Part shown: positions 28,559 through 37,105 of the stretch, one piece after another
Layout of the letters: each line of letters begins with the position of its first letter
Numbering within the stretch: position 1 is the stretch's first letter
Origin: a virus
Lineage: Duplodnaviria; Caudoviricetes
Length of the DNA: 42,650 bases
Virus record (IMG/VR): IMGVR_UViG_3300012942_000017
Span: 1-42,650 of that record
Direction: 5' to 3' (one strand)
Program-made: the position numbers and the translations under genes
Notes under the pieces: generated by a model
Seen by the model: the letters and a program-made list of their open reading frames with translations, nothing else
The model's database searches: none
What the model was told of the DNA's origin: nothing

Positions 28559-28753
28559 ATGTCAGACGTTCCAGTTGCTCGAATGGTTAATGGAAATACG
28601 GGTACACTAGTTGTTGGGTTAACGCTCAACCAAACAGGTACAGCAAATGTTGGTGGGATGATTCCAGCCAATAAGTATGTTCGTGTTCGTACTGCTAATA
28701 CTACAGGCACACCAACATTCACCTTCCGTAGCGGACAAGAGGTACTTGTATAG
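28559..28753 (+). CDS. Small tail-fibre-like fragment
   Basis: 64 aa, AAGGAG RBS, beta-rich T/G composition. Confidence 0.5.
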   Translation: MSDVPVARMVNGNTGTLVVGLTLNQTGTANVGGMIPANKYVRVRTANTTGTPTFTFRSGQEVLV

Positions 28754-28805
28754 CGTATATCAAATGCAAGTGATACAATAAAATCAAAGGTAAAGCAACA
28801 CAAAA

Positions 28806-29396
28806 ATGAATCAAACCCAGGTACAAACAGCGGTAAGCACAATGCTTTCAGATACGCTTTCTCAGATAACGGCTGATGTTCTTCAGAATGCCGTTACTGA
28901 GGCCTGGGGAGATGCTTGGGTTGCTACTCCAGTCTGGAATACTGATCTAACGTTTTCTATCAATCAATATGAATATCCTCTTTCCGATCTTACCCCTCCT
29001 ATTAACACTGTTGAAGCGGTTTATATACAGCGCTCTCCTGAGACACCTGCTTCATTTCCTGAGGAAATTAGTGATGATTATTGGCAAGTAGTTGATGGTA
29101 ATATTATCTTCTCTCGTGGTGCTGGTTATACTATCCCTGATGGGTTTCAATTGCAGCTTCGCGGACGTTATAAACTATCTCCAACCGACGATCTACCAAT
29201 AGATAATTATGCTCTCCAGAATTATGTCATTAACCTTGCGGCCTGGATCGTTCTACGTGCTCTAACCTACAAAAAAGCCCTAGCGTTTCTCAACAATGAT
29301 ACGTCCATGAGTGAGTTACTGTCATTCCGTCAAGCGGTCGAGCATGACATTCAGCGATACCGGGCACAATTACAGCAAGCGTATATAAGCGCGTAG
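28806..29396 (+). CDS. Putative head-tail adaptor
   Basis: Helical N- and C-termini around a beta insert (YEYPL); lies just before the tail genes. Confidence 0.55.
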   Translation: MNQTQVQTAVSTMLSDTLSQITADVLQNAVTEAWGDAWVATPVWNTDLTFSINQYEYPLSDLTPPINTVEAVYIQRSPETPASFPEEISDDYWQVVDGNIIFSRGAGYTIPDGFQLQLRGRYKLSPTDDLPIDNYALQNYVINLAAWIVLRALTYKKALAFLNNDTSMSELLSFRQAVEHDIQRYRAQLQQAYISA

Positions 29397-29406
29397 GGGA
29401 CAGCAG

Positions 29407-30321
29407 ATGTCTATCTATTCGCTTGCAACCATCGGATTCCCAGATAATCAGATAAAGTTCAATGATTATGATTCTGGCGCTGATGTTATTTATCGCAGCC
29501 AAACACGTGCCCCACGTCAATTTCAAGTTCGCCAGGATGACATTCCGGTACCATTTGAAAGTGGTGTCAGTGACTTCAAAACCCTTATTGGGCAGACTAT
29601 CTACACAATTGCCGGAACGATGTACCCAAAGAATGAGCAGTCATACGATGAGGGGTTGGCTGCAATTCGTGCCGTATCGTCGCTGGATATAGAACAACGA
29701 GACCCTTATGGAACCGATGATGGGTATGTTCCCTATACATGGGGAGAAGCAACAGGACAAAAGACCCTCTTCGTGAAAGTGCTTTATGCACAAATCGTAG
29801 AGGATACTCGCCAGGGCTTCGTACAACCATTTCTACTGTATTGTAAGGTGAAAGACCCAACAATATATGGTGCTACGCTTAAAACGGCTTCTACGGCCGA
29901 ATCTGACCCAGAAACAAGCACGGGTGCAGCCATTTATCCTTTCCAATACCCAATTGTTTACGGCTCTACCCTGTACTCAGTAAGCGCCGATGCTAATAAT
30001 GTCGGCAATATTGCTGTTTATCCGTTTGGAATCAATATCTACGGGCCGATCACTAACCCTAAGATCATCAATGAGAAGACAGGTGAGTTTATTCAGGTGA
30101 ACGTGACCCTCAATTCCCAATCCGATCAGTTGGTTATTAACTACGATAAAGATACTCTAGAAGTAACGTTGAATGGAAACTCAGTCATCAATAATGTGAC
30201 AACTGATTCTACTTATTTCAAGATTCAACCAGGTGATAACAATATCGTTCTCCAGGGAGCTACTATTGGAACTGGCGCGGTTGCTAATGTATTTTATCGT
30301 GATGGGTGGCCACTGGCATAA
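29407..30321 (+). CDS. Distal tail protein (Dit)-like
   Basis: KDPTIY, YPFQYP, N.GN...YP...IYGPITNP.I.N and YFKIQPGDN motifs. Confidence 0.75.
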   Translation: MSIYSLATIGFPDNQIKFNDYDSGADVIYRSQTRAPRQFQVRQDDIPVPFESGVSDFKTLIGQTIYTIAGTMYPKNEQSYDEGLAAIRAVSSLDIEQRDPYGTDDGYVPYTWGEATGQKTLFVKVLYAQIVEDTRQGFVQPFLLYCKVKDPTIYGATLKTASTAESDPETSTGAAIYPFQYPIVYGSTLYSVSADANNVGNIAVYPFGINIYGPITNPKIINEKTGEFIQVNVTLNSQSDQLVINYDKDTLEVTLNGNSVINNVTTDSTYFKIQPGDNNIVLQGATIGTGAVANVFYRDGWPLA

Positions 30322-31505
30322 TGAATAATACGCATATTTACATACTTGATAAGGGTCTGACAATCGTTGCTGAACTAAAGTCATTGAAACCTCTTGATAA
30401 TAATGGTAATGTTTTAATTTATTCAAAAGAATTATCTGACTTCGGTAAATGTACTTTTCGTATTTCTGCCTATGATGACATTCTTGATACTGTTGGCGAC
30501 ATATTCACTCCGCATCAATATCATGTACGAATTGTTCGTGGAGGTTACACTGTTTGGCAAGGTGCTATTGTTGATAATCCCCATCGCAATAAAGAATATC
30601 TTGATATTACTGCTTATGAGTATGAATATTACCTCTCTAAGAAATTAGTACATCGTACCTCACCAGACATCAACGGAACTGCTAATATCTATCGTACTTT
30701 TAGCTCTGGATCAATGTCTGATGCAGTTACGGCTATTATGAATGAAACCATTGCTGATTATCATAACTCTACCCATATTTTGAAGAATATGACGCTTGGT
30801 ACTGTGCAGAATCCTAACTTTCCACCAGGGATGACGTCTGGTTTCTTTGGGCAAGCACTAACAGGGCCCTGGGCATTCGGGGATGAATCGCAAGCTCACC
30901 CAGGCCCACAGCTTCAATTTGATTTTCATTCTATCCTCTACGTATTGAAGGCCTTTGGTATTTATTCATACGGAGACTTTACTATTGACCAGAATCTCCA
31001 GTTTACTTTTCAAAGTTTCCTAGGAAAAGATCATAGCAGTCTCGTCTTTAGCTATGGCGATCAAGGGAATATTGTTGACTATAACCTTCCCCGTCTTGGT
31101 GAGCGCATGGTGAATGATTTATGGGGAATTGCAACTGATATCAATGGGGTCATCTTGTCGGTTCACCAATCTGATTCTGCTTCCCAGAGTACCTATGGAG
31201 AGATGGAAGATGTAGCAGCTTATTCAGACGTTAAGACCCAAGGTACCCTGCGCGAACGAGTGAACGTTGAGCTTCCCCTGTTGTCTGTACCAGATGAGAC
31301 TAACGCTATTGTTTATCTTAACGAGACGGGGTATCCTCTTGGTCAGTATGACATTGGTGATCTTATTACGATAAAGGTAAAGAATAAGGGGGTGAACTTT
31401 AATAGTAAACGGCGTATAGTAGGAATAACGGTTATTGTTAATGGTACCGGACGTGAAGAAATTGCTCTTCAAACGAATGTCCCACAGCCGTGGCAACATC
31501 CATAG
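30321..31505 (+). CDS. Baseplate hub / Tal-like minor tail protein
   Basis: Follows Dit; G.CTF, VWQGAI, FSYG..GNI and YDIGDLITI motifs. Confidence 0.7.
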   Translation: MNNTHIYILDKGLTIVAELKSLKPLDNNGNVLIYSKELSDFGKCTFRISAYDDILDTVGDIFTPHQYHVRIVRGGYTVWQGAIVDNPHRNKEYLDITAYEYEYYLSKKLVHRTSPDINGTANIYRTFSSGSMSDAVTAIMNETIADYHNSTHILKNMTLGTVQNPNFPPGMTSGFFGQALTGPWAFGDESQAHPGPQLQFDFHSILYVLKAFGIYSYGDFTIDQNLQFTFQSFLGKDHSSLVFSYGDQGNIVDYNLPRLGERMVNDLWGIATDINGVILSVHQSDSASQSTYGEMEDVAAYSDVKTQGTLRERVNVELPLLSVPDETNAIVYLNETGYPLGQYDIGDLITIKVKNKGVNFNSKRRIVGITVIVNGTGREEIALQTNVPQPWQHP

Positions 31506-31516
31506 GAAAAACAAAA

Positions 31517-31864
31517 ATGAGTCTTGTAGATATTGATAAATCATCACCGCGCCGTACCTCTCCAACTCCTAATTCATCGGATGGTTTGGCACAGCGCATG
31601 GCGCATCAAACAGTTAGTACCTCTTATGCGACGAATGAGTCTCCAGATGAGCGTATTCAGATGTTGAATAATCGCATTCTTTTCTACGGCCCCGGTGGAG
31701 TACTCGTGCAGAACTTTGGTCAGCAAGGAAGCAGTGGAAGCTATGGTATCGTACAAACCGACGCAAATGGTATTCCTCGTATTTATATTGGTCAAGCACC
31801 CTCAGATGGTCGTCTGGGTATTTGGGTATCAGTACCTGGTGTTGACGTAACAACGATTATCTAA
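31517..31864 (+). CDS. Minor tail protein
   Basis: R..IG..P.DG..GIWVS.PG.DV; A-rich leader. Confidence 0.6.
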   Translation: MSLVDIDKSSPRRTSPTPNSSDGLAQRMAHQTVSTSYATNESPDERIQMLNNRILFYGPGGVLVQNFGQQGSSGSYGIVQTDANGIPRIYIGQAPSDGRLGIWVSVPGVDVTTII

Positions 31865-32544
31865 TGGATCTTTCTAATCTATTACTCGATACTGATTATC
31901 CCTTCGATAAGGTAATCTTTAAGAGCCAGGGTTCATTTACGGTAGCAAATGGTGATCTTGGGGATCAGTTCTCTATCCCCCATTCACTCCCATTCACTCC
32001 ATTACCGCGCATATTGTGGTCGAACAGCTCTAACTTTTCCACGGCCTATAGCGTGGGAGATGTGGCATATTACACGAATATAGATGGCACTACTGGGTTA
32101 AATCTCGGACAATCTTACACTGTCACGGCAGACGCTACGAACGTTTACATCAACCGATATAATAACAGTGGTGGAAATAAGACAGTATACTACAGAATAT
32201 TCTGTTTTCAGCCTACAACGGCTTCCGATAGCGCTCTTTCATCCCCCACTTCTGCAAACGATAATAACTTTATTCTTAACAGTGATTACAACTATCTAAA
32301 GCTGTTTAAGCGTGGGCAATTGACGACAGGCTCTCCCTCTTTTACTCATGCGCTTGGGTATATCCCAAAGGTATGGCTATGGTCACAAGTAGGATCATCT
32401 GTAGATTCATTGGTTTATTCCCAAGTAGTATTTCCACCATCCAGTAGTACTATTGAGCAGGGTGTCACAATTGACAATAATAATCTGACATGGGTATCAC
32501 CTGGCACAGCTTATGATAGTGTTCATTATAGGATATATTTGTAA
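31864..32544 (+). CDS. Minor tail protein with an internal duplication
   Basis: Two repeats: LLLDTDYPFDKV..HSLPFTP and FILNSDYNYLKL..HALGYIP. Confidence 0.65.
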   Translation: MDLSNLLLDTDYPFDKVIFKSQGSFTVANGDLGDQFSIPHSLPFTPLPRILWSNSSNFSTAYSVGDVAYYTNIDGTTGLNLGQSYTVTADATNVYINRYNNSGGNKTVYYRIFCFQPTTASDSALSSPTSANDNNFILNSDYNYLKLFKRGQLTTGSPSFTHALGYIPKVWLWSQVGSSVDSLVYSQVVFPPSSSTIEQGVTIDNNNLTWVSPGTAYDSVHYRIYL

Positions 32545-32545
32545 T

Positions 32546-32968
32546 ATGTACGAAGCAGAAAAATTCATCCTCACGACTGATTATTCCACAATGAAAAATG
32601 ATGGTCACGCCACGACATCTTTAACCATTCCTGGAAGCATTAATATTGCAGCGGGAACAACACAAACTTATTCCAGCACCGTTAGTCTCGGTACCAGCGG
32701 TGGAATATATTCTGCAAAAATATATCTCCCTACCGTCAGCGCTTGGTTTCCTGGTGAATTTTTCACATATGCTCTGGTTGGGTCAACGCCCACTATATCA
32801 CCAGCTATATACAGCGTCATCTTAAACGTTTTTCGTTCCTCTTCCACACAAGTTACCTTTCAGGCGTTTATTAACAATCCATACAGCAATACACTGACTA
32901 CCAATGCATCATCGGTGACGCTAAATGCTGATATTACCTCATTTCTTCCACCGTTTGCTGCAATCTAG
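32546..32968 (+). CDS. Minor tail protein, paralogous to the upstream gene
   Basis: N-terminal FILTTDYSTMK repeat. Confidence 0.6.
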   Translation: MYEAEKFILTTDYSTMKNDGHATTSLTIPGSINIAAGTTQTYSSTVSLGTSGGIYSAKIYLPTVSAWFPGEFFTYALVGSTPTISPAIYSVILNVFRSSSTQVTFQAFINNPYSNTLTTNASSVTLNADITSFLPPFAAI

Positions 32969-33010
32969 AATAGATGCTATAGTATTTAAAAAGGGATAAA
33001 ACAAAAAAAC

Positions 33011-34057
33011 ATGGCACAAGCAATCATTACTAGCGTCGTTACGGGCGGATCAAATAACCATGCTACTGTTGCGGAGGAGGCGAATGCATACGCAACTGAC
33101 TTCGTGACGGCGGGAATTGTTGGAGCAATTACCAACACAACAGGAACAGCACCTGCTACTGGTGGATTTGCTGTTAATGCCAACGGCACTCCAGATATGA
33201 CAGTGAGCGTGTCGGCTGGTGTGGCCTATGTAGGAGTAACACCAACCTCTCAAGGCGCACAAGTACTCCGCGCAAGAATGACCGCAACCTATACAGGATA
33301 CGTTATCAACGCGAACTCTAGCGGTGCAACAGTATACGATTGGATTTATCTTCAAGGATCAAGCACAGCAGCCGCTAACCCAGATGCTGCCGCAGATGAT
33401 GTCGTCAACCTCTATACATCTCGTTCTACTTCCAACGCGAACGATACAGGAACACCGCCAACATATGGTATTCTCTTAGCTGTCGTAACAGTAGCTAACG
33501 GTGCCACTTCTATCACGAATGGTAATATTGCGGATAAGCGTACGAATGCTAGCGTGTTTAGTAACTCTACGACGCTTGTAGCTACTCAGGTAGCAAGTGG
33601 TCAACCAGCAATTGTACGAGCAGCGGGGGGTGATACAAATGTTGATCTTGAATTGCTGGCGAAGGGAACAGGAAAGATATTGCTTAATAATTTAAATGTT
33701 GGTAGTGCAGGGGGAACGGTCAGCTCAACTACCAGTACAACGTATGTCGATACAGGATATTCTACTACCGTTACAATTGGTGCATCTGGAGCAGCTCTGA
33801 TTATGATTCATGCTGGATTCTATAACAGTGGGCAATTTAATACAAAAGTTGCTTGGCAAGCATCAGGGGCTAATACTATTGCGGCAGCTGATGCAACCGC
33901 CTGTATGATGTTCGGCCAATCTGCTGTTGCTTACGGAAGGATGTTTTATAGAAATGATCTTTCTCCAGGAAGTACAACCTTTACTCTGATGAAATCTGTC
34001 AACGGTGGGACGGCGTCATACTTTGGTGTCCCATCTATAATTGTAATACCATTATAA
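33011..34057 (+). CDS. Tail fibre / receptor-binding protein
   Basis: PDMTVSVSAGVAYV and LAVVTVANGATSITNGNIADKR baseplate-anchoring-type N-domain; T/G/A-rich. Confidence 0.7.
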   Translation: MAQAIITSVVTGGSNNHATVAEEANAYATDFVTAGIVGAITNTTGTAPATGGFAVNANGTPDMTVSVSAGVAYVGVTPTSQGAQVLRARMTATYTGYVINANSSGATVYDWIYLQGSSTAAANPDAAADDVVNLYTSRSTSNANDTGTPPTYGILLAVVTVANGATSITNGNIADKRTNASVFSNSTTLVATQVASGQPAIVRAAGGDTNVDLELLAKGTGKILLNNLNVGSAGGTVSSTTSTTYVDTGYSTTVTIGASGAALIMIHAGFYNSGQFNTKVAWQASGANTIAAADATACMMFGQSAVAYGRMFYRNDLSPGSTTFTLMKSVNGGTASYFGVPSIIVIPL

Positions 34058-34059
34058 AA

Positions 34060-34068
34060 TGTTATAAT
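34060..34068 (+). promoter_or_regulatory. Extended -10 promoter
   Basis: TGTTATAAT. Confidence 0.6.
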
Positions 34069-34089
34069 ATACCCAGGAACATTGAAAAA

Positions 34090-34308
34090 ATGAAAACACC
34101 AAAAACCGGACAAAAAGTAACTCTCAAGGCGAAGCCAGGACAAAAGAAAATCTCCTTCACAAAAGGTGGTCTTCACGCTTCTACTGGTACACCACAAGGT
34201 CAAAAGATTCCAGCAAGTAAAAAGAAAGCAGCGCTTGCGGGTAAATACGGCCCTAAGGCGAAACGACAAGCAGAGTTCGCCAAGAATGTATTAACAGGAA
34301 AGAAATAA
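34090..34308 (+). CDS. Small lysine-rich protein
   Basis: 72 aa, very basic (KGGLH..G.P.G.KIP..K..A). Confidence 0.75.
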   Translation: MKTPKTGQKVTLKAKPGQKKISFTKGGLHASTGTPQGQKIPASKKKAALAGKYGPKAKRQAEFAKNVLTGKK

Positions 34309-34394
34309 TGAGTACTCTACAAAATTCAATCAATATCGCCAATAAAGGTACAAAACCAGCCCCAAGTATTGACAAGACGGTGGATAAATTCTAA
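34308..34394 (+). CDS. 28-aa peptide (not in ORF track)
   Basis: MSTLQNSINIANKGTKPAPSIDKTVDKF; TAATG-coupled on both sides. Confidence 0.55.
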   Translation: MSTLQNSINIANKGTKPAPSIDKTVDKF

Positions 34395-34471
34395 TGAGTG
34401 GTTTTCCTCCAGCCCGTAAGAAAAAGGGCAAGAAGATTGCACCGAGTCAGTATACTGTTGGCATCAACTAA
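34394..34471 (+). CDS. 25-aa basic peptide (not in ORF track)
   Basis: MSGFPPARKKKGKKIAPSQYTVGIN; TAATG-coupled; a terminator follows the stop. Confidence 0.55.
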   Translation: MSGFPPARKKKGKKIAPSQYTVGIN

Positions 34472-34502
34472 AATAGCCCTCCGAAAGGAGGGTTATTCTT
34501 TT
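34470..34502. terminator. Bidirectional intrinsic terminator
   Basis: AATAGCCCTCC-GAAA-GGAGGGTTATT flanked by A and T runs, between convergent units. Confidence 0.8.
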
Positions 34503-34511
34503 ATCTGACAA

Positions 34512-34715
34512 CATAGTGGCTAGTAACCTGTAAGCGCAAATCCTTAGGCACGCGCACTGCTTTGTCACCGGGAGTCTTACGCGCCTACAGTTATATCAGT
34601 AGACATATTAACTCCTTCTCGTGGGGCATTTGACCCACGATGCTGGTAATAAGACGGCTTTCTCCACTTACTACAGGATTCGAACCTGTCCCGATTTACT
34701 TATTACTAGCACTAT
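34512..34715 (-). ncRNA. Putative structured RNA with a tRNA T-arm
   Basis: ACAGG-TTCGAAT-CCTGT; 14-bp end-to-end stem with a 1-nt bulge; internal stems of 7-13 bp; no long ORF. Confidence 0.55.
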
Positions 34716-34726
34716 GAGCCAAATAA

Positions 34727-35062
34727 CTAATCAGTTTGTAAAAGAACTTGCCCTAAGTTTATCTTAGCGGTTATGATTCTGTCAATACTGTCCAGAAATT
34801 CAACATCTCTTGTTATCTGAGATACAGTAGCATCCAGCTGGGTCTTTCGATCAAACTCAGTACCTCCCGCTTCCTTTGGAATACGTAAACGTTCACGTTC
34901 GTTAAAAAGCTTCTGGTGCCATTCAGCAACCGTACCCGCAACCTCATATCGTAGAGAATCAAGTTTGACAAGCTGAAGTTTTAGTTTTGTAATATCTAAA
35001 GATAATTCTTCTTGGAGAATCTCCGCCACTTGTTCGTAGAGTTCACTTGGTGGTCTATACAT
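34727..35062 (-). CDS. Helical hypothetical protein, counter-oriented and probably leaderless
   Basis: 111 aa; TGCTATCAT lies 6 nt before the ATG. Confidence 0.7.
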   Translation of the reverse strand: MYRPPSELYEQVAEILQEELSLDITKLKLQLVKLDSLRYEVAGTVAEWHQKLFNERERLRIPKEAGGTEFDRKTQLDATVSQITRDVEFLDSIDRIITAKINLGQVLLQTD

Positions 35063-35101
35063 AGTATAATGATAGCATAAGCATTAGGAGGAAAACAAAA
35101 A

Positions 35102-35377
35102 ATGGCATTTACAGAATTACCACCAGAACTTACTCCCCGCGAGTATGAGGAAATGAGGTATCAAGAGGAACAAGAAAAACGTCAAATTGAATACAACCTT
35201 CAAATCAAAAAGCTCGATATAGAAGTGAGAAAAATAGAAGCCCAATGGAAAACGTGGTTCAAAATACCTCTTTATATTCTCAAGCTCCCATTGATTGTTC
35301 TACTAGGGTTAGCGTATATTGTTCATGTATTGATGAAAAGCGAGCCATCTCAAGACTTCTGGAAGTTACTCCACTAG
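35102..35377 (+). CDS. Membrane protein of the lysis region
   Basis: AGGAGG RBS; coiled coil followed by one transmembrane segment. Confidence 0.7.
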   Translation: MAFTELPPELTPREYEEMRYQEEQEKRQIEYNLQIKKLDIEVRKIEAQWKTWFKIPLYILKLPLIVLLGLAYIVHVLMKSEPSQDFWKLLH

Positions 35378-35419
35378 AATGGTAAAATACTATTAGAACA
35401 TTAATTTAAAAATAAATAC

Positions 35420-35689
35420 ATGCCGAACACAAATATGAATCTAAACGACCACGATCTTCTAATCACCGTAAGCGCAAAACTTGATTCGCTTACTGATGAG
35501 GTTCGTAACTATAGTGGTGGAGTCAACGACAAAATCACTGACCATGAAAACCGTCTTCGCTTAGTCGAGAACACCCAACAAACAGAAAAAGGACGCCAAC
35601 AGGAGTCGCAACGACGTCAGGCGGTTGTATCTGTCGTTATGAGTGTCTGTCTAGTTGCTCTGGCACTATTCACATTCATATGGAAATAG
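35420..35689 (+). CDS. Coiled-coil protein with a C-terminal TM anchor (lysis cassette)
   Basis: DHENRLRLVE motif plus a C-terminal hydrophobic helix. Confidence 0.7.
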   Translation: MPNTNMNLNDHDLLITVSAKLDSLTDEVRNYSGGVNDKITDHENRLRLVENTQQTEKGRQQESQRRQAVVSVVMSVCLVALALFTFIWK

Positions 35690-35904
35690 CACACTGGTTC
35701 CTTCATATAACAGGAATAGATACCCAACAAAGCCCTTTCTATGACTTTTGGTCAGGATTTGGCACCCAGATTAGCCCACTTGTTGCCGTATTTATCTGGT
35801 ATCATCATCACACCTGCCATATAAAAGGGTGTTACCGATTTGCAAAATATCACGTAGACGATTATATGGTCTGTAAAAAACATCGAAAACAAAAGGAGAA
35901 ATAA
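35680..35904 (+). CDS. Small membrane protein with a Cys/His cluster
   Basis: YDFWSGFG, a TM segment, then HHHTCHIKGC...CKKH. Confidence 0.65.
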   Translation: MEIAHWFLHITGIDTQQSPFYDFWSGFGTQISPLVAVFIWYHHHTCHIKGCYRFAKYHVDDYMVCKKHRKQKEK

Positions 35905-35906
35905 AC

Positions 35907-36845
35907 ATGACATTACGGGGATTTGACGCATCAAGTAACAATCTAGGCGTACCAGACGGTACGATAAGTGCAGATTTTGTTATTGAAAAGGCAACAGAGG
36001 GAACAGGTTATGTAAATCCTGATTGTAATCCTTCTTACCAAGAAGCAAAGGCAGCTGGGAAGCTTCTTGGGGTATATCACTTTGCTTGCAATAAACTCAA
36101 TTCAGCTATTGATGAGGCCGACTATTTTGTCAGTCAAATCAAAGGATATATTGGTGAAGCTGTTCTATTTCTTGACTACGAGTCGTATAAGAGCAGCGAT
36201 GGAAAACAAACGTATAATGATCCATCCAATGTCAGCTGGGCAAAACAGTGGCTTGATCGGGTATATAGCCTTACTGGAGTAAGACCACTAATTTATCTGA
36301 ATCAGTCTACGGCGAATGCGTATGATTGGTCTTCTATCTGGAATGACTACGCATTGTGGGTCGCGCGCTATTGGGATATGTCGCCCGATTATAATTACGA
36401 TATGACAAATGCTGGGCCTGCTCCTGATGTAAAGTGGCCATATGGATATGCAATGTGGCAATGGACATCAGTAGGACGTCTGGATGGATATAACGGCAAT
36501 CTTGATCTAAACATCTTTTACGGTGATGCTAACGGATGGCGTGCATTTGCTCGTGCCCGTCAAACAACTCCTGTTCCCACTCAGCCCGCTCCTACACAAC
36601 CAAGCGAACCAGACCCAACGCCCACTCCAGAGCCTACAGAGCCAGTGACACCTTCTGATCCAGTAGTTACTGAACCGACAACACCCGATGACCCTACGCC
36701 TGATCCAGCCCCGATTGTCACAGATAAGATTACCACTGACGAGATTCAGATGTTCCTGGATGCTCTTAAGAAAGATAAATCATGGTTTGTCAAGGTCTGG
36801 CAATTTGTTATCAAATGGTGTATAAGTTTGTTCAAGGAGTATTAA
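35907..36845 (+). CDS. Endolysin, GH25 muramidase
   Basis: GFDAS, KATEG, GVYHF, LDYE (DxE), LWVARY, WQWTS and LDLN; P/T linker and C-terminal amphipathic helix. Confidence 0.93.
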   Translation: MTLRGFDASSNNLGVPDGTISADFVIEKATEGTGYVNPDCNPSYQEAKAAGKLLGVYHFACNKLNSAIDEADYFVSQIKGYIGEAVLFLDYESYKSSDGKQTYNDPSNVSWAKQWLDRVYSLTGVRPLIYLNQSTANAYDWSSIWNDYALWVARYWDMSPDYNYDMTNAGPAPDVKWPYGYAMWQWTSVGRLDGYNGNLDLNIFYGDANGWRAFARARQTTPVPTQPAPTQPSEPDPTPTPEPTEPVTPSDPVVTEPTTPDDPTPDPAPIVTDKITTDEIQMFLDALKKDKSWFVKVWQFVIKWCISLFKEY

Positions 36846-36852
36846 CATAAAC

Positions 36853-37104
36853 ATGATAAAATTACTATCAAAAAAGAGTGCCGTCGGCCGAACGGTTCGT
36901 ACTCTTCTACAAGCATTTGTTGGAGCAACTGGTTTTATGATCGTGCTTGTCACATCCCCAGGATTTGTTGACTTTCTCACGCATACGTTTGTTGGCATTC
37001 CACCGCTGCTTTTAGATGGAGGAACGATTGCATTGTTCATTACCATTGTGACAGCTGCCCACAATGCCGTTGAATCACTACTGGCTAAAAGCGGAAACAA
37101 CTAA
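36853..37104 (+). CDS. Holin (putative)
   Basis: RTVRTLLQAFVG plus two TM segments, right after the endolysin. Confidence 0.7.
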   Translation: MIKLLSKKSAVGRTVRTLLQAFVGATGFMIVLVTSPGFVDFLTHTFVGIPPLLLDGGTIALFITIVTAAHNAVESLLAKSGNN

Positions 37105-37105
37105 G

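Noticed and set aside
34660-34700. A second tRNA gene or an attP core at the GGTTCGAATCC motif
   Set aside because: No acceptor stem, anticodon arm or CCA, and no integrase is recognised. It is kept only as a tRNA-like element.
33011-34715. Diversity-generating retroelement or retron near the tail fibre
   Set aside because: No reverse transcriptase and no template/variable repeat pair seen.
36560-36715. Tandem-repeat-like CA-rich DNA
   Set aside because: It is explained by the Pro/Thr linker of the endolysin.
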